The notes below the pieces were generated by a model. That model was not told where the DNA came from. It searched no databases and saw only the letters and a program-made list of their open reading frames with translations. A stretch of 64,000 bases of DNA from Okamejei kenojei (lineage: Eukaryota): NCBI GenBank assembly GCA_035221665.1, contig CM069150.1, positions 12,400,001-12,464,000 of the forward strand, in the 5' to 3' direction. The number at the start of each line of letters is the position of its first letter. Position 1 is the first letter of the stretch. Shown piece after piece: positions 1 through 12,994 of the stretch. A program made the position numbers and the translations under genes.

Positions 1-412
1 AAAAAAAAAAATTAGATTTGTCTTAATTGACAAACCAGAATTATTTACTAGAATATGGTCCCCGTTCATAGATTATTTGAAGGGGTAGAATGGGCCGGTG
101 CTGAGACCTGACGGAAGCTTGAACCCAGGACTAGATGAATAGTTATGCTCTCTGACCTACGGACCTATTTCCTAAGTTGTATTATGGATAGTTTATTCTA
201 TTTTTCTAATTTTCTTTATTTTTTCTATCTATTAAAAAAATAATAATAATGAGTCAATTTTAATATGTAACCGATAAATGAAGACCCCAGCTACATTGGT
301 AGCGGAGTCCCTGGATATTTAATATGTAACCGTTTAATGAAGTTTGTAGTGGTTCGGACTATGATATGTACATGCCTCTAATAAAATTTAACTTTAAAAA
401 TAAAATTAAAAA
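1..412 (+). mobile_element. 3' end of an L1/Tx1-clade LINE (ORF2 C-terminus, 3' UTR, A-rich tail)
   Basis: Translates KIRFVLIDKPELFTRIWSPFIDYLKG*, the same C-terminal motif as the L1-type ORFs at 14327-14587 and 14922-15365; ends in AATAAA plus an A-rich tail. Confidence 0.65.
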
Positions 413-414
413 AA

Positions 415-696
415 CGCCTCAATCTATAATAACTGAAAATTTCATTGAGTTCTCTTAATTTTTAAGAAAGTTATCGGCTTTTGACTGTCCTCGATCACAG
501 CTTTTGAGTTAAGTCAATGGAAAAGCAATGGGGAACAAGATGCTAATTTCCGAGTATGAAAATGGCCATAACGTTTTTAATACTGAAGATATGAAAGTGA
601 ATTAGGTGTCAAATCAAACTTCTTTTTATGCTTTATCTGATGGGATAAATTGCAGACTTGATTTTTTAAATCTCAAAATTTTGTAACATTGCTACT
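415..696 (+). mobile_element. Right-end fragment of a TIR DNA transposon (same family as 2947-4714)
   Basis: About 270 bp closely similar to 4461-4714, ending TTTTGTAACATTGCTAC followed by TATA. Confidence 0.7.
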
Positions 697-1302
697 ATAA
701 GAACACCCCTCAGCCACCTGTGTCGAAGGAATAAAGTCCTAGCCTTCCTAACCTCTCCCGAAAGTCTCTCAGGCACTCAAGTCAAGGTTCATCCAGAATA
801 GCTGCACAATACAGGGTTGTGTGGTCCATGAGCTGCTTCCAGGGTGCACACCAAGATAAGCACCAAATGTATTTGAAAGATAGTAAACTCATGAACAACA
901 CCCTTTGGTATGGCCAAATGTTGGTTTTGCAGTGTAAGAATCTGTCGTGACTAAATATTGCACATTTGCATATTCCAGAGTTGCAGAAACTAAAAGCTCA
1001 ATAGGAAAGTGTCACAGTTTAAGGCTTTGTTGCTGTTGATATATGATCATATGCAACTCCCACTAATATTTTCTGCCTCGTGCTGATTTTGAGCTCCATT
1101 CAACCTGATACTTTTTTTAATGTTCTTCCCCTTTACTACCTTTATTCCCATTTTTTAATATCATGTATATTCTTCTAAAGGTAATTATGCTGCAATATTT
1201 AATCCTATTCATTGCAATGTTGTTGTTATAGTTATTTGATTACAACTATTTATTTCTACCTGTGTTATTAATTCTTCCTTCTTAGATGACATGTGCATTC
1301 AG

Positions 1303-1334
<32 letters not shown>

Positions 1335-3864
1335 CTATTTCGGACTCAAGGTCCAAACAAGGGACAACATTACATAAAAATACATTGCATATTAAAAACA
1401 TCATAAAATACACATAAAATCATAGTATATCACTTAAAAAAGCATCATAAATTATATATTTAAAAAAACACAATACATGAATTAAAATCCAGAATAAAAA
1501 AGAATGATCAATGTTCTACACGAGACAGCGATACCAGTGTCTCCACAACTGGGATTCGTAGCGTGTAGTGCTAAACCTTGTGTTTGACAAGGCCACAATA
1601 ATTACATTTTTAGAGTCATTTATCCTGCAAATGAATTTATACATATGATTCCTTAGGATAGCTTCTAAAGTACTGACCTGTGCAGCCACAAACATGTTAC
1701 TAGCACTACACCATCTAGGTTTCCTTAGCAATGTTCTCATTGCATCATTATAGGCCACCTTTAGTCTGCAAACTTGTCTTTCCATAGTTAGATCACAGGT
1801 GCACAGTATGCTCTAAACAGCGACATCTTCACCACATCTGTACACACACCAAACTTGCAAGAGAATATTCGCCTGTACATACAGCATACATCATTGCCTA
1901 TAAATATCCTCATCGTCTGTCATTTGTTCTGTAATAAAATGCCCAAGATATTTTACCTTATTACAGGCACTATGATCATTGTCAGACAATTTAAAATCAG
2001 GAAATTTTAGACATTTATCCTCTTTGGTTCTACAGATCATAACAGCACTCTTACAAGCATTATATTTAATATCATGTTCCACACCATACACAGAACATAT
2101 AGTAAGGAGCTGCTAGAGACCAGCGCTAGATGGACTAAAGGCCACAAGATCATCTGCATACATAATATGGTTCACTAAAATATTACCAGTCATGCACCCA
2201 GTATTACAGGCTTTCAATTGTTTGGACAGATCATCAATATAAAGATTAAAAAGGACTGGGGACAAAATCCCCCCTTGTCTAACACCATTGCTAACCCCAA
2301 ATGGGGCTGAGACCCTATTGCCCCATTTTATTTGCATAGTCTGGTGGGCATACCAGTAAGCCAGAATTCTCAATGTATTTAGGTGTTCCTCTTTTGACTC
2401 ATTTTAAAAAACAGCTTTCTGTGATTAACACGATCCAAGGCTTTGGAAGCATCAATAAAGCACATAACAATTGAAAAGCTTTTGCCTCTATATTTGTTTA
2501 CAATCTCCTTTAGGGCATATATGCTCAAGTCAGTACCATATTTAGCTTTAAAACCAAACTGGTTATCGGTGGAGTTAACAAACTCATTTACTCTCTCCAG
2601 CAGAACTCTTTCTAACACTTTGACAATATGCTGGCTAAAGCTGTGGGCTGCCTACTTTACCAGCTTTTTCCTTAATGACCGGCATTAACAGAACAGACAA
2701 CATTGAGTCGTGTAACAAGCCATAAATTATAAAGCCAGTAAAACAAATAGCAAGGAGAGGAGCTATCCTCATACTCCCAAAGTTAAGATGTTCAGCAGAA
2801 ATATAATCCAAGCCACTTGCTTTGTTGTTGGACAGCTTGTTCATGGCATGATATACCTCATGTGACATAATCACCATTGAGTCATTAGTCACGATATTGT
2901 CCACCCTATACAAATTACCTTGGGCACAGTTGACTAAAGTACTATAATTAGCGATGTTACAAAACCTACTATCAGCGGCGCTCCAGACCTGCTAACTGAT
3001 GAAGAAACATATATCGGACTTCTGTTCTCGTTTTTTTTTGTTTTTTTGTTTTTGTTTTTTTTAAATCGCTGGACTATTTAATCGATGGATTAAAGTAAAC
3101 GTCATGGATCTTCAACGTCATATCCGGACAAAACAAAAGGTATTTTGTTTATTTCACATATAATCTTGCTTCTTGGGGTGGATTTAGTCTAATCTTATGA
3201 TGCGAAAATGTTACTTAGGCCCCATACGAATCGGCCGTGTCTTGCCTGCTGATATGGGCTTAAAATTTACGGCAACGTTCCAATCGATCACATTCCAGAA
3301 ACACCCACTCTCAAGATGATTAAAATCCTCATTTTTTTGGGACAATCATGTCATAAGAGCACCTAAATCATCTATATTTTGTGTTATTGTCTATCCATGA
3401 TCAATATTTTTATACTAAATATCCACAACAGTTTTAGTCACATGTATTGTGCAAAAAATAATAATTTTGATTATACTGAGAGTGGATGTTTCTAGATTAA
3501 TTTATGGGAATTAAACATTAAATTCCTTCCATTTGGCATATAGGTTCATGACAGTGAGGTAATGTTATATTGTGAATTCTTGTGTGAATGAGATCAGTTT
3601 GTTATTTGGATACTTAGGGTATTTAAAATTGTTAGCCTTTTCTTAAGAAATGGATAGATGTTTAGATCTAGTAATTGAATTTAGATGAATTTAATTGATT
3701 AGATGAATTGATTTGATGAAACTGATGAATATGACATTTTTGAATTTTTAAACTATTTGTTTTAGCGTTAACTTTATCATTTCTACCTTTTTTCCAAAAC
3801 TGCAAATAATAACTTGTTTCTGTTAATGCTGTTCAGTGTTTTTTTTCCTTTACATTTTAAACAG

Positions 3865-4202
3865 ATGTCTCAGAAGAAGAAATGCAAAATTGTCAATCCA
3901 TATGCCCAGCAAAAGAGACTGATTTAGACAGCATTTGCAGAGATTATACGAATTTGTACTACTCCAAATGTGATGATCTACAGGACATTCTTAATGGGAG
4001 TGGGCAGAAAGGTATGTCAGTCGTAGTTTGAAGAGCAAAAACCTGTAGTTTACAATGCCAAAATTGAAAAGTTGATGAAAAACAAGGTGTACAGAGTTGC
4101 TTATTGGTTCAATATGAGGAGTATAATGATGCTACTGATTATGATATGCCAATGTACCAGCTATCAACTGATCTTCTCCATAAAGACTTGGTCTGTTGCT
4201 AG
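3865..4202 (+). pseudogene. Decayed terminal coding exon inside the TIR element, Spin/Ssty (Tudor)-like C-terminus
   Basis: Polypyrimidine tract plus acag acceptor (3841-3864); with two frameshifts and one TAG it reads DVSEEEM...VGRKVCQS*FEEQKPVVYNAKIEK..VYRVAYW..EEYNDATDYDMPMYQLSTDLLHKDLVCC*. Confidence 0.45.
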
Positions 4203-4436
4203 AAATTGTAATTTATTTACCTATCTGTTATGGACTTACAACATATAATACAACAATATTAAAGTTCTGATCTTGAGAATATCACATTTTTGAATTTTCA
4301 AGGCAGTCTGGGTGTTTATTACTATTTCCGTCACAACGGTCAATTTTGTAATTGACTACAATTAGGTAATTAATTAATTAAATGCTTTAATTTCAGGTCA
4401 TCAAAGTAAGATTTTTAATATTTGTTTCAGAATGCA

Positions 4437-4460
4437 TTAGGGTTAGGGTTAGGGTTAGGG
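4437..4460 (+). repeat. Interstitial telomeric repeat (TTAGGG)4
   Basis: Four exact TTAGGG units read directly from the sequence. Confidence 0.95.
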
Positions 4461-6041
4461 TAACTGAACATTTCATTCAGTTCTCTTAATTTTTAAGAAA
4501 GACTGTCCTCAATCACAGCTTTTGTGTTAAGTCAATGGAAAAGCAATAGCTAACAAGATGCTAATTTCCAAGTATGAAAATGGCCATAACTTTTTTAATA
4601 CTTAAGATATGAAAGGGAATTAGTATACCAAATTAAAGTTATTTTTATGCTTTATCTGATGGGATAAATTACAGGCTTGATTTTAAAAATCTCAACATTT
4701 TGTAACATTCCTACTATAATGCTGTCGCCATAACTGCAATATTAGCTGTTCCGGAGATTCCATGGTAAAGATGTTTTGCAACTGTGAAGACCTCTCACAT
4801 CTTTCCAAAAATCAGTAGCATTGTTACTTAGCTGCCTCTTAGCCATAGAATCAGCCCTCATAGCTTGCTCATTTTTACAGATGAAGCGAACAGCATACTT
4901 ATATCTTGCATTAGTGAGCATCTTATACTCAAACACAGGCCCTTATCTGGGTCAACCTGCCATAGCCCATCATTTAGTGGCATCACGGGCTTCAGCATGA
5001 TACTCAGCTACATACTTATTCCAGCCAGGCCTGATGTTATGTGTCTTATTTTTATGCTTGCAGTAGGGCTTACTGCCTACATATAAAGCACTTACTATAT
5101 CATTATACATGGAGCAGATATCTCTCCTATACTTCATATTCTTACAATTAACATTACTACGCATTATTGCACCTTTAGGTAGATAAATATTGCTTAAGGA
5201 TTTATCTGTATGGGCATAATAGGCTAAGATTTCTTTCTTTGTGCGGGTTGACCAGTGAAGTTTTCCTGTGTTAAAGCTATTTCTATCTATGGATACCACA
5301 GGTAGGTGTTCAACATTGATTGTCATAGCAACAGGTTCACAGAGAGTCCCGTGGTTCCTGCGCAATCTTGTACACTTCAAGTTTAAAAGTTCTTAAAATA
5401 TAGAGTCCTATCTTGTCCATAAATGCCCATTGTCCTGGCTGCAGCACTGGACCGATGTTGCAGGGTATGGTGCTGATGATCTCCCTGCACAGCCTGTTGT
5501 AGGTTCCATCTGATCCATACTTCGGTGGGGCCTCCTGCGGAGCCTGATCCATGCAATCCCCTCGCAGCTGCAGGGCCTCCGGCGGCCCACTCCATGGACT
5601 CCTCCACCCTGCGAGCGTCATTCCTTCACCTCCTGCAGTCTCCGCTCCATCTGCAATGGGCTGGGTGCCTCCCATAGCAGCTTTGGACCCATGAGCTTCT
5701 CCGATAGCATGGGAGGCAAGTCCTGTGACAATGCAGTGATTAAGAGAGAAAAATCTACAGATGGTGAGTCATGGTGCTTTTTAGAGGAATGGCCCTCAAA
5801 CATATTAACCAATGCAATGAATAAACCAACCATCCACTGTACCAACCACTTGCTGTGGCAGGGTCTGCAAGTCCCATGTTGGCCTCTTAAGTCACCTTGG
5901 AACCCCTAGAACTGGGGTGTAAACATAAAATCCACAACCTGAGAGACTATCGAAGAAAAATAAGATGCCATGAGGAGAGGGGGCAGTTAAAAGGATTGTT
6001 TTGATTTTTGTAGAATGGAACTGCAATTTTTGGTTTACATC

Positions 6042-6204
6042 GAAGATAGACACAAAATGCTAGAGTAACTCAGCGGGACAGGAACAGGAAGCATCTGTAG
6101 AGAGAAGGAATGTGTGATTTTTCAGGTCAGGATCGAAATGTCACCATTCCTTCTCTCTAGAGATGCTGTCAGTCCCGCTGCATTACTCCAGCATTTTGTG
6201 TCTC
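6042..6204. mobile_element. Penelope-like element terminus pair in inverted orientation
   Basis: GACACAAAATGCTAGAGTAACTCAGCGGGACAG... and its reverse complement ...CCCGCTGCATTACTCCAGCATTTTGTGTC. Confidence 0.65.
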
Positions 6205-7290
6205 TTAGCTTAGCTTAGAAACAGGTCCTTTGGCCCACTGAGTCCGCACTGACCAGCGATCCCCGCACATAAAACTATCCTACACACACCGGGGACAATG
6301 TACTCACATACACCAAGCCAATTAATCTACATACCAGTATGTCTTTGGAGTGTGGGAGGAAACCTAAGTTCTCTGATAAAACCCACAGGGAGAGCGTACA
6401 AACTCCGTACAGACAGAACCCGTAGTCAGGATCTCCGGCGCTGCAAGCGTAAAGGGCCTGCCTCACTGACACGACTTTACAACGACTGTCTTCGACCTTC
6501 AAGCTCGAGGGCACTTGTCTGGAAAACCTCGAGCTGGATCGACCGTCATCGATGAAACCGCGAGCTGGATCAACCGACCACACACACACTAGCGCACACA
6601 CACACTAGCGCACACACTAGCACACACACACACTAACACACACACACACTAACACACACACACACACACAGCAAAGGTGGGGGCCAGGGAAAGCGGGGAA
6701 GCGCTGTCTGAAATTCACACCCGCAATGAACAGGAAGGTAAAAGATGGCTGCACAGTGCACGGTAAGTCCTTTAGAGAGAGCGGGGGGGGGAGAGAGAAG
6801 GGGAAAGAGGGAGAGAGAAGGGGGGTGAATGGGGGGAGTAGGAGTGTGGAGACACTTTTAAGAAGCAAGACAACTTTATAATGAAGTGTAGTGGGTATTT
6901 ATATTACCGGTTGGTTTTTCTTGGTCCTGTAAACTCCAATGAGCCAATTAAAATGCCCGGTCAGCGAAGGAGATTGCCTACGGCTGCCCTCGACTGCCTA
7001 TGACTACATAGCAACCCCACTCCATTGCATTACAAGTTCAAAAGAATCATGCCGACTAATTTTTACTAGCGGCAATTTTTTTAACATGCTGAAAATGTTA
7101 TCCTCGACTAAACTGAGGTTGCGAGTTTGCTGGAACTTCCCTCGAGCATGAAGTGACCTCATAGGACCTCCTAGGACCATGTGTCGACCATGCTGCGAGT
7201 TTGAGTCGAGGGTTCTAAACTCGCAGATAAGGTCGCCGCAGTGGGACAGCCCCTTAAGGCAGCACCTCTACCGCTGCACCACCGTGGCCA
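6205..7290 (-). mobile_element. HE1-like tRNA-derived SINE interrupted by a Harbinger-type element
   Basis: 6205-6452 plus 7255-7290 together match the intact SINE copy at 58704-59020. Confidence 0.75.
6453..7254. mobile_element. Non-autonomous PIF/Harbinger-like DNA transposon
   Basis: TIRs AGGGCCTGCCTCACTG / CAGTGGGACAGCCCCT; 3-bp TAA target duplication (6450-6452, 7255-7257); internal (CA)n. Confidence 0.8.
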
Positions 7291-7599
7291 CCCTTCTGGT
7301 TAGATTTTTGCTGATTTGCTTCATATGAGATCCCCTATACCACCTCTACCTTTGATGACAAGGGAAAACTATTCCAGCTTAGTGAGTTTGGAGCTGGGAA
7401 AAGCATCTCAGAAATGTAACATGTGGCAGATATTTTTTGTGACATTTTCCTGCAAAGAAAGCCGACCACTAATATCAATGCATTTTAAACCATAACTGGC
7501 ATTGTTAAACTGGACTGCATTTTAAGCTATGGGAATGTCTATTTAAGAGAGATTGCTTGTGTCACTGCGTTAAAATAGACTGAACAGTAAACCTAGCCA

Positions 7600-8170
7600 A
7601 ATAAGTGAGGTAATTTCCTACACTGCTATCAGGCCCATGGTGACCCGCTCATTCCTGCTTTTTTACAGTCGCCCTCATGTACAAGCAAAAGAGAGGAAAG
7701 TAACAACCCATTTCACTGTTAAATTCTGACTAAGGTCATTGCCAATCGAGTCAAGTCTGCTTCGATAGAGGTGATCTACCCTATCTTGACCTGTGCTCTA
7801 TTGGGTAGGAAGATGTTTGACAGTTTTGCGCTGCTCAGGAATTGAAATACCAATGCACAGGACAGGAGCTGCACCAGAGAATCCCTTTGCTACATGAGAG
7901 AACAGGTCAATCATGTGTATGACATATTCCATCATGCCCATGTTTGACATTTTTCAGCACTTACTGAGCTTTGAGGGAACCAAGAATTAGATACAACGGT
8001 TTTGCACGTTCATCTGTAGTGCAGTTCCAATTAAAAGATTGAGGTCGAAAGCTTCCTCATCAAATTTGGATTCAGGCTAGACTGCCATTACCCCTCTGAA
8101 CTGACTGTTATTTTGAGCCTTTTGCTGAATTCAGAAATAATTTGGCCATAAGAGGGAGCACCACTCTCAC
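7600..8170 (+). mobile_element. Degraded Tx1/L1-clade RT fragment
   Basis: Remnant translation KVIANRVKSA...TCA..GRK..DS.ALLR, interrupted by many stops. Confidence 0.45.
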
Positions 8171-8205
8171 TTAAGAGAGTCAAGTCAAGAGTATTTTAAT
8201 GGTCA

Positions 8206-9294
8206 CAAGTGGGATCCGTTGTGTCCCGTCCCCTCAACACACGGTTTTGTGGGGGGGGGGGGGGGGGGGGGGGGGGCCTGCGGCCTCAGACACACTAACC
8301 ACCCCACACACACACACACACACACACACTAACCCCCCAACGCACACACACACAATAACCATCCCCCACACACACACACACTAACCACCCCCCTTGATAT
8401 AATATTAATATTATTCATTCGCTCCTTTTACCCCATCCCCCACCCTACCCACTCACGCATAGCCCCCAACTCGCAGGCATGGCTAGAGAGGGAGAGAGGG
8501 CAGGGGCAGAGGGAGGACAGAGGCAGAGAGCAGAGAGAGAGGGCAGAGGCAGAGGGCAGTGGCTGAGGCAGAGGGCAGTGGCTGAGACAGAGGGGTGGGG
8601 GGGGGGGCGTGGCATCACAGGGAAGGGCTGGTTCCCGAACGCAATACTCCCTCGCTCCAGCTCCAGGCTCTGCTTCTGCCCAGGTCCAGTCACCGGGCTC
8701 GGCCTGCAGCAGCAACCTCCCCACCACGCACTGCCCCGAGGCAGAGGGCAGAGGCGTGGGGGGGGGGGGGTGTGCGGCGTCACAAGGGAGGACTGGTACC
8801 CGAACGCAACACTCCCTCGCTCCAGCTCCAGCGCCGCTTCTGCCCAGGTCCAGTCACCGGGCTCGGCCTGCGGAAGCAACCACCCCACCATGCGCCTACC
8901 CGGGGCGAGTCGAGGATCCGACTTCCTTGTTCTTTCTGTGTCTTTTGAATAACCAGGAGTGGGGGGGGGGGGGGGGTCGGGGGGGGGGGGGGGGGTGACG
9001 TCACTCGTAACGCATGGAAGACGGCGAGGGGAGCAGACCCATTGTGACGTCATCAGCGAAAGACAGTTGTTTTTAAATTCAAAGTTTTGTCAGATTTTTG
9101 AACATTTTCATTAATAACTCGAGAAATAAAGCATGATATTTTCAGATAAGGCGATTTTGGACTCCACGTGAAAAATCTCTACTGGAATATGTAAAAATGT
9201 TACCATTACCGTGTCGTTTTTTCGCGTAGATGTGATTACACACAAACACACAATTAAATACACATCCAAGATCAGAGTTTTATAAGTATATAGA
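8206..9294 (-). mobile_element. Non-autonomous Helitron-like element with an internal ~165-bp tandem duplication
   Basis: Minus-strand 5' end TCTATATACTTATAAAACTC; 3' subterminal hairpin (GGGATCCGTTGTGTCCC) like the one at 19728-19744; it splits a Rex1-type tail (..GGTCA / TATGTCCC..). Confidence 0.6.
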
Positions 9295-9296
9295 GG

Positions 9297-9725
9297 TATG
9301 TCCCGAAACCGAACAATGAGATTCTTACTTGCAGCTGCACAATATAGTACTCTGTGAACACCTTAATAAACAACAAAAAAAGCTCAGTACATATGTAAAA
9401 ACAAACAAACAAACAATAATAGTGCAAAGACAAAAAAAATTCCGCCAAGCCTATGTCGTTCGAAGCTTATTTGGAGGTTGTAGTGTTTAATAACCTGATG
9501 GTTGTAGGGAAGAAGCTGCTCCTGAACATGGATGTTACAGTTTTCAGGTTCTAATAACTTCTTCCCAATGGCAAATGTGAAATGAGAGTGTGGACAGGGT
9601 ATGTGGCTCTCTGATGATGTTGACTGTCTTTTTGAGCACTAACTCATGTAGATCCCTTTGATGGTGGGGAGGTCAGTACCCATGATGGATTGGGCAGTGT
9701 TCATCGTTTTTTGCAATCTTCTTCA
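9297..9725 (-). mobile_element. Rex1/Babar-like LINE 3' fragment
   Basis: Reverse-complement similarity to the 3' end of the element at 49070-50750. Confidence 0.6.
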
Positions 9726-10364
9726 TTCTCCTATATTTGGACCCATGAAGAGCATATGTAACCAGTTTAAACTGGCTGTGGGCCAGAGTCATTCACATAC
9801 AAATATGAGACCACATTCGTTGCAACTGGTCTGATCGATCCTTTGTTTCTTTTATCGTTTAAATCCAATCATCTGAGGGTGATGGGAATGTTGGAGGAGC
9901 CAGTTATGCTGCAAGAAGCAATAGGAGTAGACAGCCAAGATTGAACAAATTGTAGAATTATGAGAAGGATGCTCCTTCTTGATGGTGGGGAAGAATTTGG
10001 TCATCAGAAGGAAGTGCTTGCATTCTTGTTCCACGTGAGACATAGGTGAGGTATTAAACAAGTATGGCTTGATGGGATCTATCCCAGTTATTGAGAGGGG
10101 CAAGTTAGAAAGTTGCTGGAGTCTTGACGAAGATCTTTATATCCTCTCCACTAACAAATAAGCTGGTAAGGTCCTGACAGTCTGAAGAGTGGCCAACATT
10201 GTTTAGGAAAGAACTGCAGATGCTGGTTTAAATCTAAGGTAGACACAAAATGCTGGAGTAACTCAGCGAGACAGGCAGCATCTCTGGAGAGAAGGAATGG
10301 ATGATGTTTTGGGTCAAGACCCTTCTTCAGACTGAATCAGTCTGATTCAGGCTTTATCTAGAGT

Positions 10365-10790
10365 GGGTGTTGTCTTACAGATTTGATCGAGTTTTTTTGT
10401 GGAGGTAATGAAGGTGATTGGTGAGGGTAGCGCAGTAGATGTTGTCTGCATAAACGTTAGTAAGGCACGTGACTAGGTTCCTCTTGATAGGCTGATCCAG
10501 AAGATTAAGATGCATTGGATGCACAGTGACTTGGTAGTTTGCATTCAGTGGCTTAGCCTTAGAAGACTGAGGGTTGTGGAGGAAGGGTGTAATTTTGTCT
10601 GGTGACCAGTAGTATTCTGGAAGGACAGTGCTGGGACCTCTGTTTGTGATATATATTATAAGTGACTTGGATAAAAATGTAGATATAGTGTTTAGAGACA
10701 ACACAAAATGGTGGAGTTGTGAATAGTGAAGAAGGCTGTTAAATGGAATGGTTGGGCCAAAGGGCCCGTTCCCACACTGTATGACTACTA
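10365..10790 (+). mobile_element. Degraded CR1 LINE fragment
   Basis: Similar to other CR1 copies in the window (GGACAGTGCTGGGACCTCTG..., CR1-type tail). Confidence 0.6.
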
Positions 10791-12549
10791 CTAATTCTAG
10801 AAGTCTCTGTCCCACTGAATGCTGCCTTCAACATGACTGTATGGAGATGAAATGTTCATCCAGTTCCATGCAAATTGTCTGTTTGTCAAGGATGTCTGGA
10901 AAAAGATGCAGTGGTTTTTGGTGAGGTTTGCCCTGAGCAGTTACATAACACGAGACTTGTCTTGCAGGCTATTCCTTCTGATATTTTTGGTCAATAACAT
11001 AGTTACTTGTTGCTCTCAGTTGCATTGTATACAATTCATTTTTGGCTGTGTTCTGATTCATGGTTTTAGAACTATCTAGACGAAAATTAAAAATGCCAAA
11101 GCATTGAAGGCTGCAGGCCAAGTGCTAGGAGATGGAATTAATGCAGATGGGTACCACTGGTCAGCGTGGGCGCGGGGGGTTGAATATCCTCTTTCCATGC
11201 TGTATAACTATGGCTCTATCATCATCATGCCCAAAATATACTGATTTTCCATTGTAAAATGTCTGCAAGCAATTGCTGCCAACTGCATACTTCAAAATGC
11301 AGGAATACACGATAAACTATATAGTAAAGCTTAGTGACATGAAGGCTCTGCAGAGAAAGATCAAAGTCTGGGGTGATGCTGTTAATGAACACTGAAGGGC
11401 TGGGTTCCGTGTAACAGCCCCGTGTAACAGCCTCAGTGTTTCCCTGTTGAGATGTTCATACACTGTGTTGAATCGTCTGGGTGTGAATGTAAATAATGAC
11501 CTGTCACAATTACATTACATACAATAATAAAGAAAGTATACTCTTTGGAAAATATATATTTTCTGGTTATGTGCCCAGTGTCATTTCATTTCCAATCTTG
11601 GCATCCTGGTGCAGAGACCTCTCTCCAACTGTTCCAGGAGATAGCTGAGGTCTATATTAGTGAGTTGAGGAACCTACTTCTTACCTCGCTGATTGTTAAG
11701 CAAAGCCATTTGTGCTTAGCACGCTGCAAACTGTTTGAACAGTGCAGTGTTCATTGTTCCAGTGCTAAGGCTATGGTCTTGATATCAATCACCAAATTAA
11801 TAGGTTGCAGGTTATTAGGTTACTAATACTTGCTTCACTCCTAGGCAATCCCTCAGTAGCACAATTCCTGTTCAGTAGCTAGCTACAGTAATCAAAGCAT
11901 TAAAGCAGTACCATCTTATAACTCATTAACTCTTGGAGCACTATCTAAACCCATGTTTCAATTAAACGTACAAATGGTTGCAGTTTCCCTACACGATATG
12001 GACACAACACCATTTACACACACTAGAATTTCCAGCTCTACAGGTTCAACTGGGGTAGTCAGTCTACCTCAGAGAAGTCAGGCGGAGATTTTAGAATTGC
12101 ACTTTCTTGGCTCTTGATGCAAATGAGAAACCAGAGTCAAGGATTGTAAAGTGAGGAAAAGCTGCAGATTGACATTTCAATTCACATATCCTGAGGTGGC
12201 AGGATTACTATTTGTCAGTGGCAGATCTATGCTGAATGAATTAGATTGTAGATTTAAGTTCTTCTGCAGACCTTGAGTACCTATTCTGTGCTGACTCCTC
12301 AAGCCGGTTCTGTGGAACAAAGGGGATCATATATCCAACTTAATAATCCTGCTTAATAAAAATCATCAGTTTCAGTTTTATAAATTTGTAAATTATCCTT
12401 TTGGACAAGTATTTTCTAAATTTCAACACTGGGTAAAGAAATGCCTTCTGCCTTCACTCTTTCATTTGAGGGTTATGCCTCTTGGTCGGGACGACACTGC
12501 ACTGAAATTCTGTATTATTGTTCAGGTGTGAATTATTCCAAGAGGTGTT

Positions 12550-12631
12550 TTCAGAAAGCAAGGGAGTTGCTTAACAGTTCTTAAGCTTGCTTCAGAAAGC
12601 AAGGGAGTTGCTTAACAGTTCTTAAGCTTGC
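12550..12631 (+). repeat. Perfect 41-bp tandem duplication
   Basis: TTCAGAAAGCAAGGGAGTTGCTTAACAGTTCTTAAGCTTGC x2. Confidence 0.95.
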
Positions 12632-12994
12632 TCCTGCACTGGCTCCCAACTACACGTAGGCTGCTGGGTCCTAAATCTTGTATTTTAAAGCACTTCTTCA
12701 GTAAGGAATGCACAAGTCACCGTGCGATCTGGTGGAACCTCCCAACAAATTGTGCACTTTTTTGTGAAGTGTCCTATTGGTCTGTTATTGATATTGAGAG
12801 ATCACTTCATTTTTTTACATGGTTGGAGCTTTAGAGACAGTGAAGGAGCTGAACACTTGCATCGATGTTGCTGAGGCCAAGGAAGTATTCTAGAATGAGC
12901 TGAACCACAGCACCAATTAAGGATTGTTGTCAATGTGAGCACAGAAGATAAATCTTCGATACATTTTGAAAGTAAACACCTTTGAACATGGTGT

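Larger units (their letters stand above)
2947..4714 (+). mobile_element. Non-autonomous TIR DNA transposon nested in the RTEX LINE
   Basis: Left end TAGCGATGTTACAAAA and right end TTTTGTAACATTCCTAC are inverted repeats; TATA on both flanks; removing the element restores the LINE sequence AAGTACTATAATGCTGTC. Confidence 0.75.
1304..5340 (-). mobile_element. Decayed RTEX-like non-LTR retrotransposon, split by a DNA transposon
   Basis: Minus-strand ORF fragments with RT motifs (QFGFK, GVRQGGILSPVLFNLYIDDL, YADD); (ATT)n 3' tail at ~1304-1333; the frame continues across the 2947-4714 insert (..RQHY|STL..). Confidence 0.8.

Noticed and set aside
8428-9053. Cluster of long Pro/Gly-rich ORFs
   Set aside because: Low-complexity GC-rich interior of a Helitron-like repeat; open in many frames, with no domain.
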